From a virus (Duplodnaviria; Heunggongvirae; Uroviricota; Caudoviricetes), in the IMG/VR virus record IMGVR_UViG_2690316152_000010: DNA of 17,538 nucleotides, one strand, 5' to 3'. The notes beneath the pieces are model-generated. The model was not told the DNA's origin, searched no databases, and saw only the letters and a program-made list of their open reading frames with translations. The translations under genes and the position numbers were made by a program. Shown here one piece after another: positions 1 to 8,194 of this stretch. Position 1 is the stretch's first letter, and each line of letters opens with the position of its first letter.

Positions 1-141
1 TTACTGCTTACACTGTAAGAACGCCGCAAACTCCGCTCCCCAGAAGCTCATCCGTATTTCACACAGCGAACCGTGTAGCATCCAGATGATGAGGATTACC
101 GTCACGCAGAATGTGATGGCCGTAAGCGATTTTTGCGACAT
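1..141 (-). CDS. Hok/Gef-family small membrane toxin (type I toxin-antitoxin toxin), 46 aa
   Basis: Reverse-strand translation gives MSQKSLTAITFCVTVILIIWMLHGSLCEIRMSFWGAEFAAFLQCKQ: one hydrophobic helix followed by an SLCE(I/L) motif and an AAFL-C tail, as in Hok proteins. AGGAG Shine-Dalgarno 9 nt upstream of the ATG at 141. The stop codon is the first three bases of the window. Not in the supplied ORF track (below its size cutoff). Confidence 0.6.
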   Translation of the reverse strand: MSQKSLTAITFCVTVILIIWMLHGSLCEIRMSFWGAEFAAFLQCKQ

Positions 142-170
142 AGCGCTTGCTCCTTTGTTGGAGAGGCGCT
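142..170 (-). promoter_or_regulatory. Possible SD-sequestering stem-loop in the hok-like leader
   Basis: On the mRNA strand, AGCGCCTCTCC ... GGAGCAAGCGCT can pair (AGCGC/GCGCT plus CTCC/GGAG), burying the GGAG Shine-Dalgarno immediately upstream of the start codon. This is reminiscent of hok mRNA fold-back control. Pairing judged by eye only. Confidence 0.3.
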
Positions 171-332
171 AACCTATCACTTGCTTAAGGTAGATATGTT
201 AGGGCCTCGGTTAAACAGAAATGTTTTCCGGGGCCTTTCCACATCTGGCCTTCGGGTATTCCCTCCGACCATCAGCCGAAAGGCACCCGCGCGTAATCTA
301 TCGCTTTTTTGTTACTCCGGCAATTCTGCCTG

Positions 333-593
333 TTAATTCTGAGGTAAAGGCAAACTCATCTGATTGTTTCCCCTGTGTGAAGCTGGCAGCTCATGCCACG
401 GGATACCTTCTGAAGAGTGAACGCCGGAGGTGTGTTTTGATGTGAATTTATGGAAAGCTTCCAGTGTTGAGAAGCATACGCCGCATTCCAGGTTGTTACA
501 CTGGTAATACTTTTGCCGCACGGTGTTTGAATCATTTTCCGGACGACTGGTGCGGATACGGGCAGATGCGCCACAAAGCGGACAACGGAACAT
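333..593 (-). CDS. ogr: Ogr/Delta-family zinc-finger late-gene transcriptional activator
   Basis: N-terminus MFRCPLCGASARIRTSR...YYQCNNLECGVCF carries the CX2C-X(22-24)-CX4C arrangement and conserved RTSR motif of P2 Ogr / 186 B / P4 Delta. AAGGGAGG Shine-Dalgarno 7 nt upstream of the ATG at 593. Confidence 0.85.
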   Translation of the reverse strand: MFRCPLCGASARIRTSRPENDSNTVRQKYYQCNNLECGVCFSTLEAFHKFTSKHTSGVHSSEGIPWHELPASHRGNNQMSLPLPQN

Positions 594-635
594 AGCGACC
601 TCCCTTAACGTGGTGCTGCTGCTATTCTAAGTTGC

Positions 636-1745
636 TCACTCTGTTTCTGCTATCCATTCCGAGATTTTTGCCTCAAGCTCAAGCTGCGTGGTAAAGCCGC
701 TGTTATCGATGGTGTGCTCGGCTTTTGCAATAATCCAGTCCTGATTATCAATCTCGCTTTTAAATCCTGTTACCGTGCCATGCATTTCGGGGTAGAGTTC
801 TGCACGACCACATGCCAGCGTGATGGAGAATGATGCGGCTCCGCGTTGTAGCTGCTGCCACTTTGCCGCCGCTGCGCGTCTTGCTGCCTGCTCGTTCTGA
901 TAAGTCTTGCGTAACACAAACACATTGCCTTCCGCGCCTTCCATATAATCACCTTCACGGCTGCTGCTTTTCTCCTTTTTGGGTTTTGGCGGTTTGCGGT
1001 GTTTCACGCTGACTTTTTTCTTTTTCCCGTAATTAAGATCAAGCCAGTAAGCGCGTACCCCCGTATACGCTTCGCGGTCAGCAATGCGGAACTGATGGCG
1101 ATCGCCACTGCTGCGCGTGATGGCGAACGATGGCAACGGCTGGCCCTGTGCGTTCACGCCACCGCCTGGCATAATGAATAACAGATTACCGCTTTTTACC
1201 GTGGTGATTGCGCCCAGCATTTCCGCCATGCGCGTAAGGAAGGACATGTCGCTTTCTTCGGTCTGGTCGGCGTGGTCGATTTCGATATCCATCAGCATTT
1301 CGCTGATTTGCGGTTTCAGACCATACCGATGAGCGATGGCGGATACCACACGCTCAACGGTCACATCATGCCAGGACACCTCACGTTTAACGTTAAATTC
1401 ATCCCGAAAATCTGCGCTTCTGGCTGAAACAGTCAGCCTGTCCGGCGGTCCTTCGTGAGCGATTTCATCAACAATGTAAGTGCCTTTTTCTGTCAGCGGT
1501 TCTCCTTTCCAGCCAATGAGAACCGTCAGGCGCGCGCCCCGTGGCGGTAGCTGCAACTGACAATCCGCATCATCCAGCGTGATGGTGAGCTGGTCCGCGT
1601 CAAATCCCCGGTTGTCGGTCAGTGACAGGCTCATCAGGCGCTCTGCCACGCCTGACAGCGTTTTACCCTCCGCGAGAATATCAAAATCCGGCATTTTCAC
1701 GGGGTCTGTGCCCTGACTGAGCAATTGCATGGTGGTATCGGTCAT
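636..1745 (-). CDS. D: Tail protein D (P2 gpD family, 'late control D')
   Basis: 369-aa product starting MTDTTMQLLSQG. Contains the gpD-family blocks LSLTDNRGF.ADQL.I.LDD, RSADFR, SWHD, ESD..FL.R.AE, GDRHQF, REGDYMEGAEGNV, LQRGAASFS and SGFTT.LELE, plus a lysine-rich KKKKVSVKHRKPPKPKKEK linker. Start taken at the ATG at 1745, which has an AGGGAGG Shine-Dalgarno 6 nt upstream, not at the upstream in-frame start of the 413-aa ORF. Confidence 0.85.
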   Translation of the reverse strand: MTDTTMQLLSQGTDPVKMPDFDILAEGKTLSGVAERLMSLSLTDNRGFDADQLTITLDDADCQLQLPPRGARLTVLIGWKGEPLTEKGTYIVDEIAHEGPPDRLTVSARSADFRDEFNVKREVSWHDVTVERVVSAIAHRYGLKPQISEMLMDIEIDHADQTEESDMSFLTRMAEMLGAITTVKSGNLLFIMPGGGVNAQGQPLPSFAITRSSGDRHQFRIADREAYTGVRAYWLDLNYGKKKKVSVKHRKPPKPKKEKSSSREGDYMEGAEGNVFVLRKTYQNEQAARRAAAAKWQQLQRGAASFSITLACGRAELYPEMHGTVTGFKSEIDNQDWIIAKAEHTIDNSGFTTQLELEAKISEWIAETE

Positions 1746-1902
1746 CTGTTCCCTCCCTGTGCGGCATGGTCGCATGTGCGTGCGGAGGGGGTTACTGCTT
1801 TTTGTTGTCGCCGGATCGGGAGAACGGCACAGGGGTGAGATTACGCGCGTGGTGGGTGATGATTGTTGCCGAATCATTTAACGGATACAAGGGGCTAAAG
1901 CT

Positions 1903-3087
1903 ATGAGTGAAACTCGTTTTCATGGTGCCCGTGTTACGGAAAATACCGACCTGGTAACAGCGATTAACGATGTTGATTCCAGCGTTATCGGTATCGTGGC
2001 AACGGCGGATGATGCGGACGCGAAGCTGTTCCCGCTGAACAAGCCCACACTGCTGACCCGCGTCAATGACGTGCTGGGAAAATGCGGGACAACGGGGACG
2101 CTTTATCGTGCGCTTAAGGCCATCGCAGACCAGGTGAGCACAAAGGTGATCGTCGTTCGCGTGGCTGAACACAAAGAAGAAGACGGAAAGACGCAGGATC
2201 AACTGGTTATCGGTGGTTCTGAATCTGACGGCAGCTATACGGGGATGTATGCGCTGCTTGTTGCAGAGCAGGATGAAAGCATCGGATACCGTCCGCGTAT
2301 TCTGGCCGCGCCGGAGCTGGACACGGAGGCGGTGACAAAATCCCTGTGCGTGATTGCGGGTAAACTGCGCGCGTTTGTGTATGCCTCATGTCACGGCTGT
2401 AACACGATGGCTGAGGCGATTACCTACCGCCAGAAATTCAACGAACGTGAGGTGATGCTCTTATGGCCGGACTTCATCGCCTACAACCCGAAAAGTGGCA
2501 AAAACGAAACGTTCCCCGCGCCTGCCTATGCGTGCGGCCTTCGTGCGTACATTGACCATGAGCAGGGATGGCACAAATCACTGTCCAACGTTCCGGTTAA
2601 AAATGTGCTGGGGATGTCCAGGCATGTGTTCTGGTCGTTGCAGGCCGAAGACAGCGATGCCAATAGCCTCAACAACAAAGAAATCACGACCATTATTCGT
2701 CGCAACGGGTTCCGCTTCTGGGGCAACCGCACACCGGAAACGAACGCCTACATCTTTGAGGTGTATACCCGAACCGCACAGGTGCTGGCTGATTCAATTG
2801 CGGAAGCGCAGTTTGAAACCATCGACAGTCCACTGACGCCTGCGAACGTGAAAGATGTTATCAGTGCCATCAGGGCAAAACTGGATTCACTGGTTACTGC
2901 CGGGAAACTGATTGGGGCGTCGTGCTGGTATGACGTGGTGGATAACGGCACCACGAATTTACGTCAGGGGCGCGTGCGTATTCGCTACAAATATACGCCT
3001 GTTCCCCCGCTGGAAGACATGGAGCTTTACCAGTCGTTTACTGATGAATTCTTTGGTCCCGCATTTGCGGTGCTGGGAGGTGCCTGA
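1903..3087 (+). CDS. FI: Contractile tail sheath protein (P2 gpFI family)
   Basis: 394 aa, the size of P2 FI. Sits immediately upstream of the tube gene, with an AAGGGG Shine-Dalgarno before the ATG and a stop that overlaps the FII start (TGATG). Confidence 0.9.
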   Translation: MSETRFHGARVTENTDLVTAINDVDSSVIGIVATADDADAKLFPLNKPTLLTRVNDVLGKCGTTGTLYRALKAIADQVSTKVIVVRVAEHKEEDGKTQDQLVIGGSESDGSYTGMYALLVAEQDESIGYRPRILAAPELDTEAVTKSLCVIAGKLRAFVYASCHGCNTMAEAITYRQKFNEREVMLLWPDFIAYNPKSGKNETFPAPAYACGLRAYIDHEQGWHKSLSNVPVKNVLGMSRHVFWSLQAEDSDANSLNNKEITTIIRRNGFRFWGNRTPETNAYIFEVYTRTAQVLADSIAEAQFETIDSPLTPANVKDVISAIRAKLDSLVTAGKLIGASCWYDVVDNGTTNLRQGRVRIRYKYTPVPPLEDMELYQSFTDEFFGPAFAVLGGA

Positions 3088-3599
3088 TGGCTGTACCAAA
3101 ACATCTTCGCTTTTTTACGCTGTTTGTGGATGGTGAAAACGAAGTGGGTAAGGTGACGTCCGTCACGCCGCCCAAACTGACGCGCAAAACCGACAGCTAT
3201 CGTGGTGGTGGCATGATGGGGGCGGTAAGTATTGATCTCGGTCTGGACGACTCCGCGCTTGATGCGAGTTTTGTTATGGGGGGAGCTGTTCGTGCGCTGT
3301 TCCTTAAATATGGCGGCACGATTGACGGCACGCTGCTGCGTTTTGCGGGTGAATACTACACCGATGCAGAAAGCGATCTGTATGAAATCGAGATGCGCGG
3401 GCGTGTGACGGAAATTGATATGGGGGAGGCCAAACAGGGCGAAGCCACATCACACACTTACGCTGTCAAAAACACCTACTACAAGCTGAGCGTTAACGAT
3501 CGCCCGCTGTTGGAAATCGACCTGTTGAACCACATCTACCGGAAGGACGGCAAGGACATTGTGCCTGACCGCATTCGTTCCGCGCTTGGGCTTGGCTGA
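3087..3599 (+). CDS. FII: Tail tube protein (P2 gpFII family)
   Basis: 170 aa. Start overlaps the sheath stop. Position between sheath and the E/T chaperone and tape-measure genes matches the conserved sheath-tube-chaperone-tape measure order. Confidence 0.9.
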   Translation: MAVPKHLRFFTLFVDGENEVGKVTSVTPPKLTRKTDSYRGGGMMGAVSIDLGLDDSALDASFVMGGAVRALFLKYGGTIDGTLLRFAGEYYTDAESDLYEIEMRGRVTEIDMGEAKQGEATSHTYAVKNTYYKLSVNDRPLLEIDLLNHIYRKDGKDIVPDRIRSALGLG

Positions 3600-3654
3600 T
3601 AAGTAATATGCAGGCGGCGCAGTGCGTCGCCTCTGACTGAAAAGGAGACAACTG

Positions 3655-4029
3655 ATGAAAGATATCGATACTGAAACCCGGAATAACACCGTAGCGGATG
3701 ATGTGACGGCAGGTGAGGATATGGCTGTCGAACGTGGTGTAAAACTTTCCCGGCCAATTGAGCGTGGTGGCGAAAAAATCACATATGTGGAGATCACCGG
3801 GGCTATTGAGCAGGCGGGATCCCTGCGTGGTCTGTCGCTGTCTGATGTGCTGAATCTGAAAGCGGATACCATGTTCACGCTGTTGCCTCGCGTGACCTCG
3901 CCACGACTGGATGAAGTGATGATTAAAAAAATGTCGTCACGCGATTTTATTCGGTTGTGCGCTGTGGCTGTAAATTTTATGAGCGAGCCAGACTCTGGCG
4001 CGAAGAGCGTGCAGGAGACGGCAGCGTAA
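3655..4029 (+). CDS. E: Tail assembly chaperone E (P2 gpE family)
   Basis: Small acidic ORF directly upstream of the tape-measure gene, with an AAGGAG Shine-Dalgarno 8 nt before the ATG. A second frame stays open beyond its stop (see E'). Confidence 0.75.
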   Translation: MKDIDTETRNNTVADDVTAGEDMAVERGVKLSRPIERGGEKITYVEITGAIEQAGSLRGLSLSDVLNLKADTMFTLLPRVTSPRLDEVMIKKMSSRDFIRLCAVAVNFMSEPDSGAKSVQETAA

Positions 4030-4193
4030 TCACCCTGGTGTGCTTTGAGCACATCGAAGATCTGGTGGCGGATATTGCCGCCATTTTTAACTGGTCGCCC
4101 GCCGAAATCTTCATGATGACGCCCGGCGAAGTGGTTAGCTGGCGCGAGCGGGCGGCACTTCGCAGCGGGAATGCAGACAATGAAGACTCTTGA
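3655..4193 (+). CDS. E': Predicted E' (E+E') product made by a programmed -1 frameshift from E
   Basis: The -1 frame relative to E is open from 3927 to the TGA at 4191-4193 and has no credible start of its own. The heptamer A_AAT_TTT at 3972-3978 fits the X_XXY_YYZ slippery pattern in the E frame. The E' end overlaps the T start. Exact shift site is unverified. Confidence 0.45.
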
Positions 4194-6987
4194 TATCCGG
4201 GTCGCTTTCAGCGCCGTTGACAGGCTGACCCGGCCTGCCGAAAACGCCCGCCGCCTGATGGGGCAGTTTGGTGACTCCATCCAGCGAACGCAGGGGGCGA
4301 TCAAAAATCTCGAGCGTCAGGCGCGATCATTTGAGCGCGCCCGCGACGCTGTCAGTAAAGCGGATGCGGGTATCGTGAAAGCACGACGCCAGCTTAACGC
4401 CCTTAATCAGTTACAACGCACGGGTACAGTGCTCAGCGAAAAACAACAAAAGCTGATGCAGCAGTTAAGCACCCGGCTTGAACGCCTGAATGAATCGCGC
4501 ACACGGGAAATTCAGAAAATGCGGGAGCTTGGCGGAGAGCTGAAACGCCACGGCATTTCCCTGACAGGCAGCGATAACACCATCCAGCAGGCCATCAGAC
4601 GCACCGAACAGTACAACAACCAGCTTGAACGCGAACGGCAGGCGCTTGCGCGTGTAACGCGGGCGCGTGAGCGGTATTCGCGCGCGCAGGAAACCGCGGG
4701 AAAACTGAAAACAGGTGGTGCGCTGGCAATTGGTGCGGCAGCGGCGGGCGGCTATGCTGCCGGGCGTTTTTTGCAGCCTGCGATCGGGTTCGGCAAAGAG
4801 ATGTCCCGCGTTCAGGCACTGACGCGAATCGACAAAAACAGCCCGCAGTTTAAGGCGCTGCGTGAGCAGGCGTTAAAACTTGGCTCTGAAACACAGTTTA
4901 CTGCGAGTGATGCCGCCAGTGGGCAGAGCTTTCTGGCAATGGCTGGTTTTACTCCGCAGGCCATTCAGGCCGCATTGCCCGGTGTTCTTAATATGGCGCT
5001 GGCAGGTGGCGTCGAACTCGGCGAGACGGCGGATATAGGCTCCAATATCCTCACACAGTTCAACCTGACAGCCGATCAAATGGACCGGGTTGGCGATACG
5101 CTGACAGCGGCATTCACCCGGACCAATACTGATTTACGCGCGCTGGGCGAAACCATGAAGTATACCGGTCCGGTTGCCGCAAAACTTGGTATCAGTCTTG
5201 AAGAAGCGGCGGCCATGGCCGGGATGCTTGCCAATAATGGTCTTCGTGGAAGCGATGCTGGTACGGCCATGCGCGCAAGTCTGTCCCGCCTTGCATCACC
5301 GCCAAAAGCTGCGGCTGATGCGCTGAAAGAGCTGGGGGTGTCAGTTGCTGACGCCAGAGGCAAAATGCGCCCGATGGAGGATGTGCTGCTTGATCTCTAT
5401 AAGGCGACACAAAAATACGGACAGGTGGACCAGGTTTCCTTCTTCAAGGACATCGCCGGAGAAGAGGCGTTCGTTGGTTTGCAGACGCTTGTTGCTGCGG
5501 CTGGTTCAGGAGAGCTGCAAAAACTGACCAGAGAATTGCAGGGGGCAAGGGGAGAGGCCGATCGCGTCGCAAAAGTAATGGCCGATAATCTTGATGGGGA
5601 CCTGAAAAATCTCGACAGCGCATGGGAAGGTCTTCGTATTCGCATCAGTGATCTGGTTGACGGTCCGCTGCGTTCTGTCACGCAGTGGCTCACGCGGGTG
5701 CTTGAAAAAATCACCTCGCTGGCGCAGGCCCATCCGGTACTGACGCGCCAGCTACTGATAGCAGGCGGTGCGTTGCTGGCAATGACTGCAACGGTTGGCT
5801 CGTTGTCGCTGGCTATTGGTGTGCTTGCTGGCCCGCTGGCAAAACTGCGTCTTGGCTTTTCCCTCCTGACCGGTTCAATGAATGCTGTCAGACTCCTGCC
5901 AGCACTATGGGGAATGGTGACGGGTTCCGTTTCGTTACTGGGGGGCGCTATCGGGGCGTTGTTCAGTCCGGTCGGTCTTATCGTGGCTGCGCTTGCCGGA
6001 GCTGCCGTTCTCATCTGGAAATACTGGGATCCCATCAGGGCATTTTTTGCCGGGGTGTTCAGCGGGATTATGGAAAGGCTGACCCCGTTGCGCGAAACCT
6101 TTGAACGGTTTGGTCCTGTTTTTGACGCAATCGGAAGCGGGATCAGCCAGGTGTTTAACTGGTTTAAATCGCTGTTGTCACCGATGGAGTCCAGCAAGGA
6201 AACGCTGGATAAATGTACCAGTGCTGGCGAGATATTCGGTAACGTTCTTGGCGGTGCGTTACAACTTGTTCTGACACCTGCAAAAATGCTACTGGATACG
6301 CTGGCGTGGATACTTGAAAAACTTGGCGTCCTTCCGGATGAAGCGGAAAGGGCGCGCAAGAAAATCGAAGACGCACAGCGTGCGGCCATTCTTCAGGACA
6401 AGGTTGCCTTACTTCAGGGGGACCTGGCGAAAATCAATCCGCCGAAGCCTGTGGAAAATGGCAATGGCACCGGAGGTGATAAACCCAAAGACAACAAACC
6501 GCTCACAGACAGCAATACCGGGACGCTGCGCAGACTCAGCAAAATTGCTGATAACACAGGTAAGCTGGTTGATGAGACGAAAAAACGCATTGGCCCCGGC
6601 GATATTGTCTTTAAGAACCTGCCCCGCGCACTTGCTGTTCGTGGGGAGTGGCAGGAGCGGAAGATTGCGCAGGTCAGTAAGCCTGCCCCCGCAATTAATA
6701 TCACACCCGTGGTTCCGGCTCCGCTGCCTCCGGCGCTGGTCCCTGTTGTTGCGGCCAGCTCCCGCCCGGTGGCGGAGGCCATACGATCGCCAGTGGCATC
6801 AGCTCCTGCAACTTCCCGTAACCGGGAGCCTGTTGCCTCCGGATTTGGCGGTGAAATTCATGTTCATCTGCATAACATTGTTACACAGAATCCCCGCGAA
6901 CTGGCGAAACTGGTCGGTGAAATGGTTAGGGCAGAAATGGAACGGCGCGCCCGTGCCGGGCGTGGCAGTTTTTACGATAAAGATTGA
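4171..6987 (+). CDS. T: Tail tape-measure protein (P2 gpT family)
   Basis: 938 aa. N-terminal charged, coiled-coil-like region (many R/E/Q/L runs), central glycine/alanine-rich hydrophobic segments, Pro/Ala/Val-rich C-terminal region. Located after E/E'. The true start may be the second ATG at 4180, which has GGGAA 8 nt upstream. Confidence 0.9.
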   Translation: MQTMKTLDIRVAFSAVDRLTRPAENARRLMGQFGDSIQRTQGAIKNLERQARSFERARDAVSKADAGIVKARRQLNALNQLQRTGTVLSEKQQKLMQQLSTRLERLNESRTREIQKMRELGGELKRHGISLTGSDNTIQQAIRRTEQYNNQLERERQALARVTRARERYSRAQETAGKLKTGGALAIGAAAAGGYAAGRFLQPAIGFGKEMSRVQALTRIDKNSPQFKALREQALKLGSETQFTASDAASGQSFLAMAGFTPQAIQAALPGVLNMALAGGVELGETADIGSNILTQFNLTADQMDRVGDTLTAAFTRTNTDLRALGETMKYTGPVAAKLGISLEEAAAMAGMLANNGLRGSDAGTAMRASLSRLASPPKAAADALKELGVSVADARGKMRPMEDVLLDLYKATQKYGQVDQVSFFKDIAGEEAFVGLQTLVAAAGSGELQKLTRELQGARGEADRVAKVMADNLDGDLKNLDSAWEGLRIRISDLVDGPLRSVTQWLTRVLEKITSLAQAHPVLTRQLLIAGGALLAMTATVGSLSLAIGVLAGPLAKLRLGFSLLTGSMNAVRLLPALWGMVTGSVSLLGGAIGALFSPVGLIVAALAGAAVLIWKYWDPIRAFFAGVFSGIMERLTPLRETFERFGPVFDAIGSGISQVFNWFKSLLSPMESSKETLDKCTSAGEIFGNVLGGALQLVLTPAKMLLDTLAWILEKLGVLPDEAERARKKIEDAQRAAILQDKVALLQGDLAKINPPKPVENGNGTGGDKPKDNKPLTDSNTGTLRRLSKIADNTGKLVDETKKRIGPGDIVFKNLPRALAVRGEWQERKIAQVSKPAPAINITPVVPAPLPPALVPVVAASSRPVAEAIRSPVASAPATSRNREPVASGFGGEIHVHLHNIVTQNPRELAKLVGEMVRAEMERRARAGRGSFYDKD

Positions 6988-6993
6988 GGAGTC

Positions 6994-7488
6994 ATGGCCA
7001 TGATGATGATCTACGGCATGTTTGTTTTTGAGCTGCGCACGCTGCCGCATCAGCAGTTACAGCAAAACAAAAGCTGGCGGCATGTGAAAAATGAACGCGT
7101 TAACCGTTCAGCAGGCTGGCAGTATATCGGCGCAGGTGATGATCGCATTGTGCTTTCCGGCGTGCTTTATCCTGAAATTACAGGTGGCGAAGTGTCGCTT
7201 TCGTTGCTGACCACGCAGGCATATACAGGACGCCCCTGGCCTCTGATTGATGGTGTCGGGCAGATTTACGGCATGTATGTACTGACTGAAACGAATACGA
7301 CCCGTTCCGAGTTTGATCGCTATGGTAAGGCGAAAAAGATAGAATTTTCACTGACTCTTGAACGCTGTGATGAGGATTTGCGGGAGCGCCTGCAATCCTC
7401 ATCGTTCAGCGATATGCTGTCCGGCTTCAAAGATAAAGTGACATCATCTCTTAACAGCGCGGCCAGCTCCGTTAAAGGGCTGTTTTGA
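6994..7488 (+). CDS. U: Tail protein U (P2 gpU family)
   Basis: 164 aa beginning MAMMMIYGMFVFELRTLPHQ. Immediately downstream of T, with a GAGGAG Shine-Dalgarno. Size and position match gpU. Confidence 0.8.
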   Translation: MAMMMIYGMFVFELRTLPHQQLQQNKSWRHVKNERVNRSAGWQYIGAGDDRIVLSGVLYPEITGGEVSLSLLTTQAYTGRPWPLIDGVGQIYGMYVLTETNTTRSEFDRYGKAKKIEFSLTLERCDEDLRERLQSSSFSDMLSGFKDKVTSSLNSAASSVKGLF

Positions 7489-7495
7489 TTAACGC

Positions 7496-7525
7496 AAAAC
7501 CGCTAATGGTCAGATTAGCGGTTTT
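7496..7525. terminator. Bidirectional rho-independent terminator hairpin between U and the invertase
   Basis: Perfect 12-bp inverted repeat AAAACCGCTAAT / ATTAGCGGTTTT (7496-7507 and 7514-7525) with a 6-nt loop. A/T runs on both sides give a U-tract in either orientation. Sits 8 nt after the U stop and overlaps the invertase stop codon. Confidence 0.5.
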
Positions 7526-8114
7526 CATTTTCCTGAGTCTGTCTGGTTGTTTCTTCAGCCTGTATATCGCCTACAGGGTGATAACGATAAATCGTCGATA
7601 TGCCGATGTCGTAAATGATCGCCAGTTGTTTCCTGTCATGACCGTTTTTAATCAGCCTCGCTATTTGCTCGTGTTGTTCTTTTGTCAACTTCGGGCGACG
7701 TCCGCCAATGCGTCCTTGTGCGCGTGCTGCTGCCAGCCCGGCCAGTGTACGCTCTACAATTAATTCACGTTCCATTTCGGCTAAAGCCCCCATGACGTGA
7801 AAAAAGAAACGCCCCATGGGTGTTGACGTGTCAATGCTGTCCGTCAGACTACGGAAATTAACACCTTTTTCCCGCAATTCCTCAATAAGCGTGATCAGGT
7901 GTTTCATACTTCTGCCCAGTCTGTCCAGCTTCCAGACAACCAGCGTATCTCCTTCTGATAGCGTTCTGAGCAGTTTTTTCAATCCCGGTCTGGTTGATTT
8001 CGTTCCGCTGATTTTATCTTCAAAAATCAGTTCACATCCTGCGCAGTTCAGTGCATTGCGTTGTAAATCCGTGTTCTGGTCGTTTGTTGACACACGAATA
8101 TAGCCAATTTGCAT
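7515..8114 (-). CDS. Site-specific DNA invertase, serine recombinase of the Hin/Gin/Cin/Pin family
   Basis: Product starts MQIGYIRVSTNDQNTDLQRNAL and contains VVWKLDRLGRSMKHL, SLTDSIDTSTPMGRFFFHVMGALAEMERELI.ERT.AGLAAARA.GR.GGR.PKLT and a C-terminal helix-turn-helix region, all hallmark blocks of this family including the catalytic serine. AAAGAGGA Shine-Dalgarno upstream of the ATG at 8114. The track's 242-aa ORF is an upstream extension. Confidence 0.9.
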   Translation of the reverse strand: MQIGYIRVSTNDQNTDLQRNALNCAGCELIFEDKISGTKSTRPGLKKLLRTLSEGDTLVVWKLDRLGRSMKHLITLIEELREKGVNFRSLTDSIDTSTPMGRFFFHVMGALAEMERELIVERTLAGLAAARAQGRIGGRRPKLTKEQHEQIARLIKNGHDRKQLAIIYDIGISTIYRYHPVGDIQAEETTRQTQENENR

Positions 8115-8168
8115 AAAAAACATCCTCTTTGTTTCGTGAAAAATACAGAGTTGGTATAGGTAGGGATA

Positions 8169-8194
8169 AAAACGAAAACGTTGGTTTGGGGGAA
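8169..8194 (+). promoter_or_regulatory. Candidate invertase crossover site s1 at the 5' edge of cassette A
   Basis: AAAACGAAAACG-TT-GGTTTGGGGGAA. The right half and about 60 bp downstream are shared by every cassette junction. The AAACN-NN-GGTTT core resembles gix/hix/cix-type sites. The 26-bp boundaries are inferred, not demonstrated. Confidence 0.4.

Noticed and set aside
142-332. Canonical hok/mok/sok organisation
   Set aside because: Upstream frames on the hok strand end in stop codons before reaching the hok start, so no overlapping mok-like frame was found. Only an SD-sequestering hairpin is proposed.
133-445. Plus-strand ORFs 133-336 and 221-445 in the hok leader and ogr 3' region
   Set aside because: No ribosome-binding site or family resemblance. 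They lie antisense to the hok-like leader and ogr and are best explained as shadow ORFs.
1746-1877. N-terminal 44-codon extension of the 413-aa minus-strand ORF (MIRQQSSPTTRV...)
   Set aside because: The extension has no family signature and runs into the divergent FI control region. The internal ATG at 1745 has a strong AGGGAGG Shine-Dalgarno and starts the conserved gpD sequence.
1746-1902. Ogr-dependent late promoter (TGT-N12-ACA dyad) upstream of FI or D
   Set aside because: TGT and ACA triplets are present but none with 12-bp spacing. Not claimed as a feature.
3450-4304. Long antisense ORFs such as 3450-4304(-), 5397-6389(-), 6314-7003(+), 12531-12962(-), 13787-14341(-) and 9992-10432(-)
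   Set aside because: They lie entirely within, and antisense to or out of frame with, well-supported tail genes. Their products are low-complexity and Ser/Arg/Pro/Ala-rich, typical of spurious frames.
8129-8182. Leading part of track ORF 8129-8647, and the 'M' starts shown for the ORFs at 8658 and 17529
   Set aside because: These starts are TTG codons inside the conserved junction sequence (the same codons encode Leu in H). The cassettes are promoterless and startless exons meant to be fused to H constant, not independent genes.
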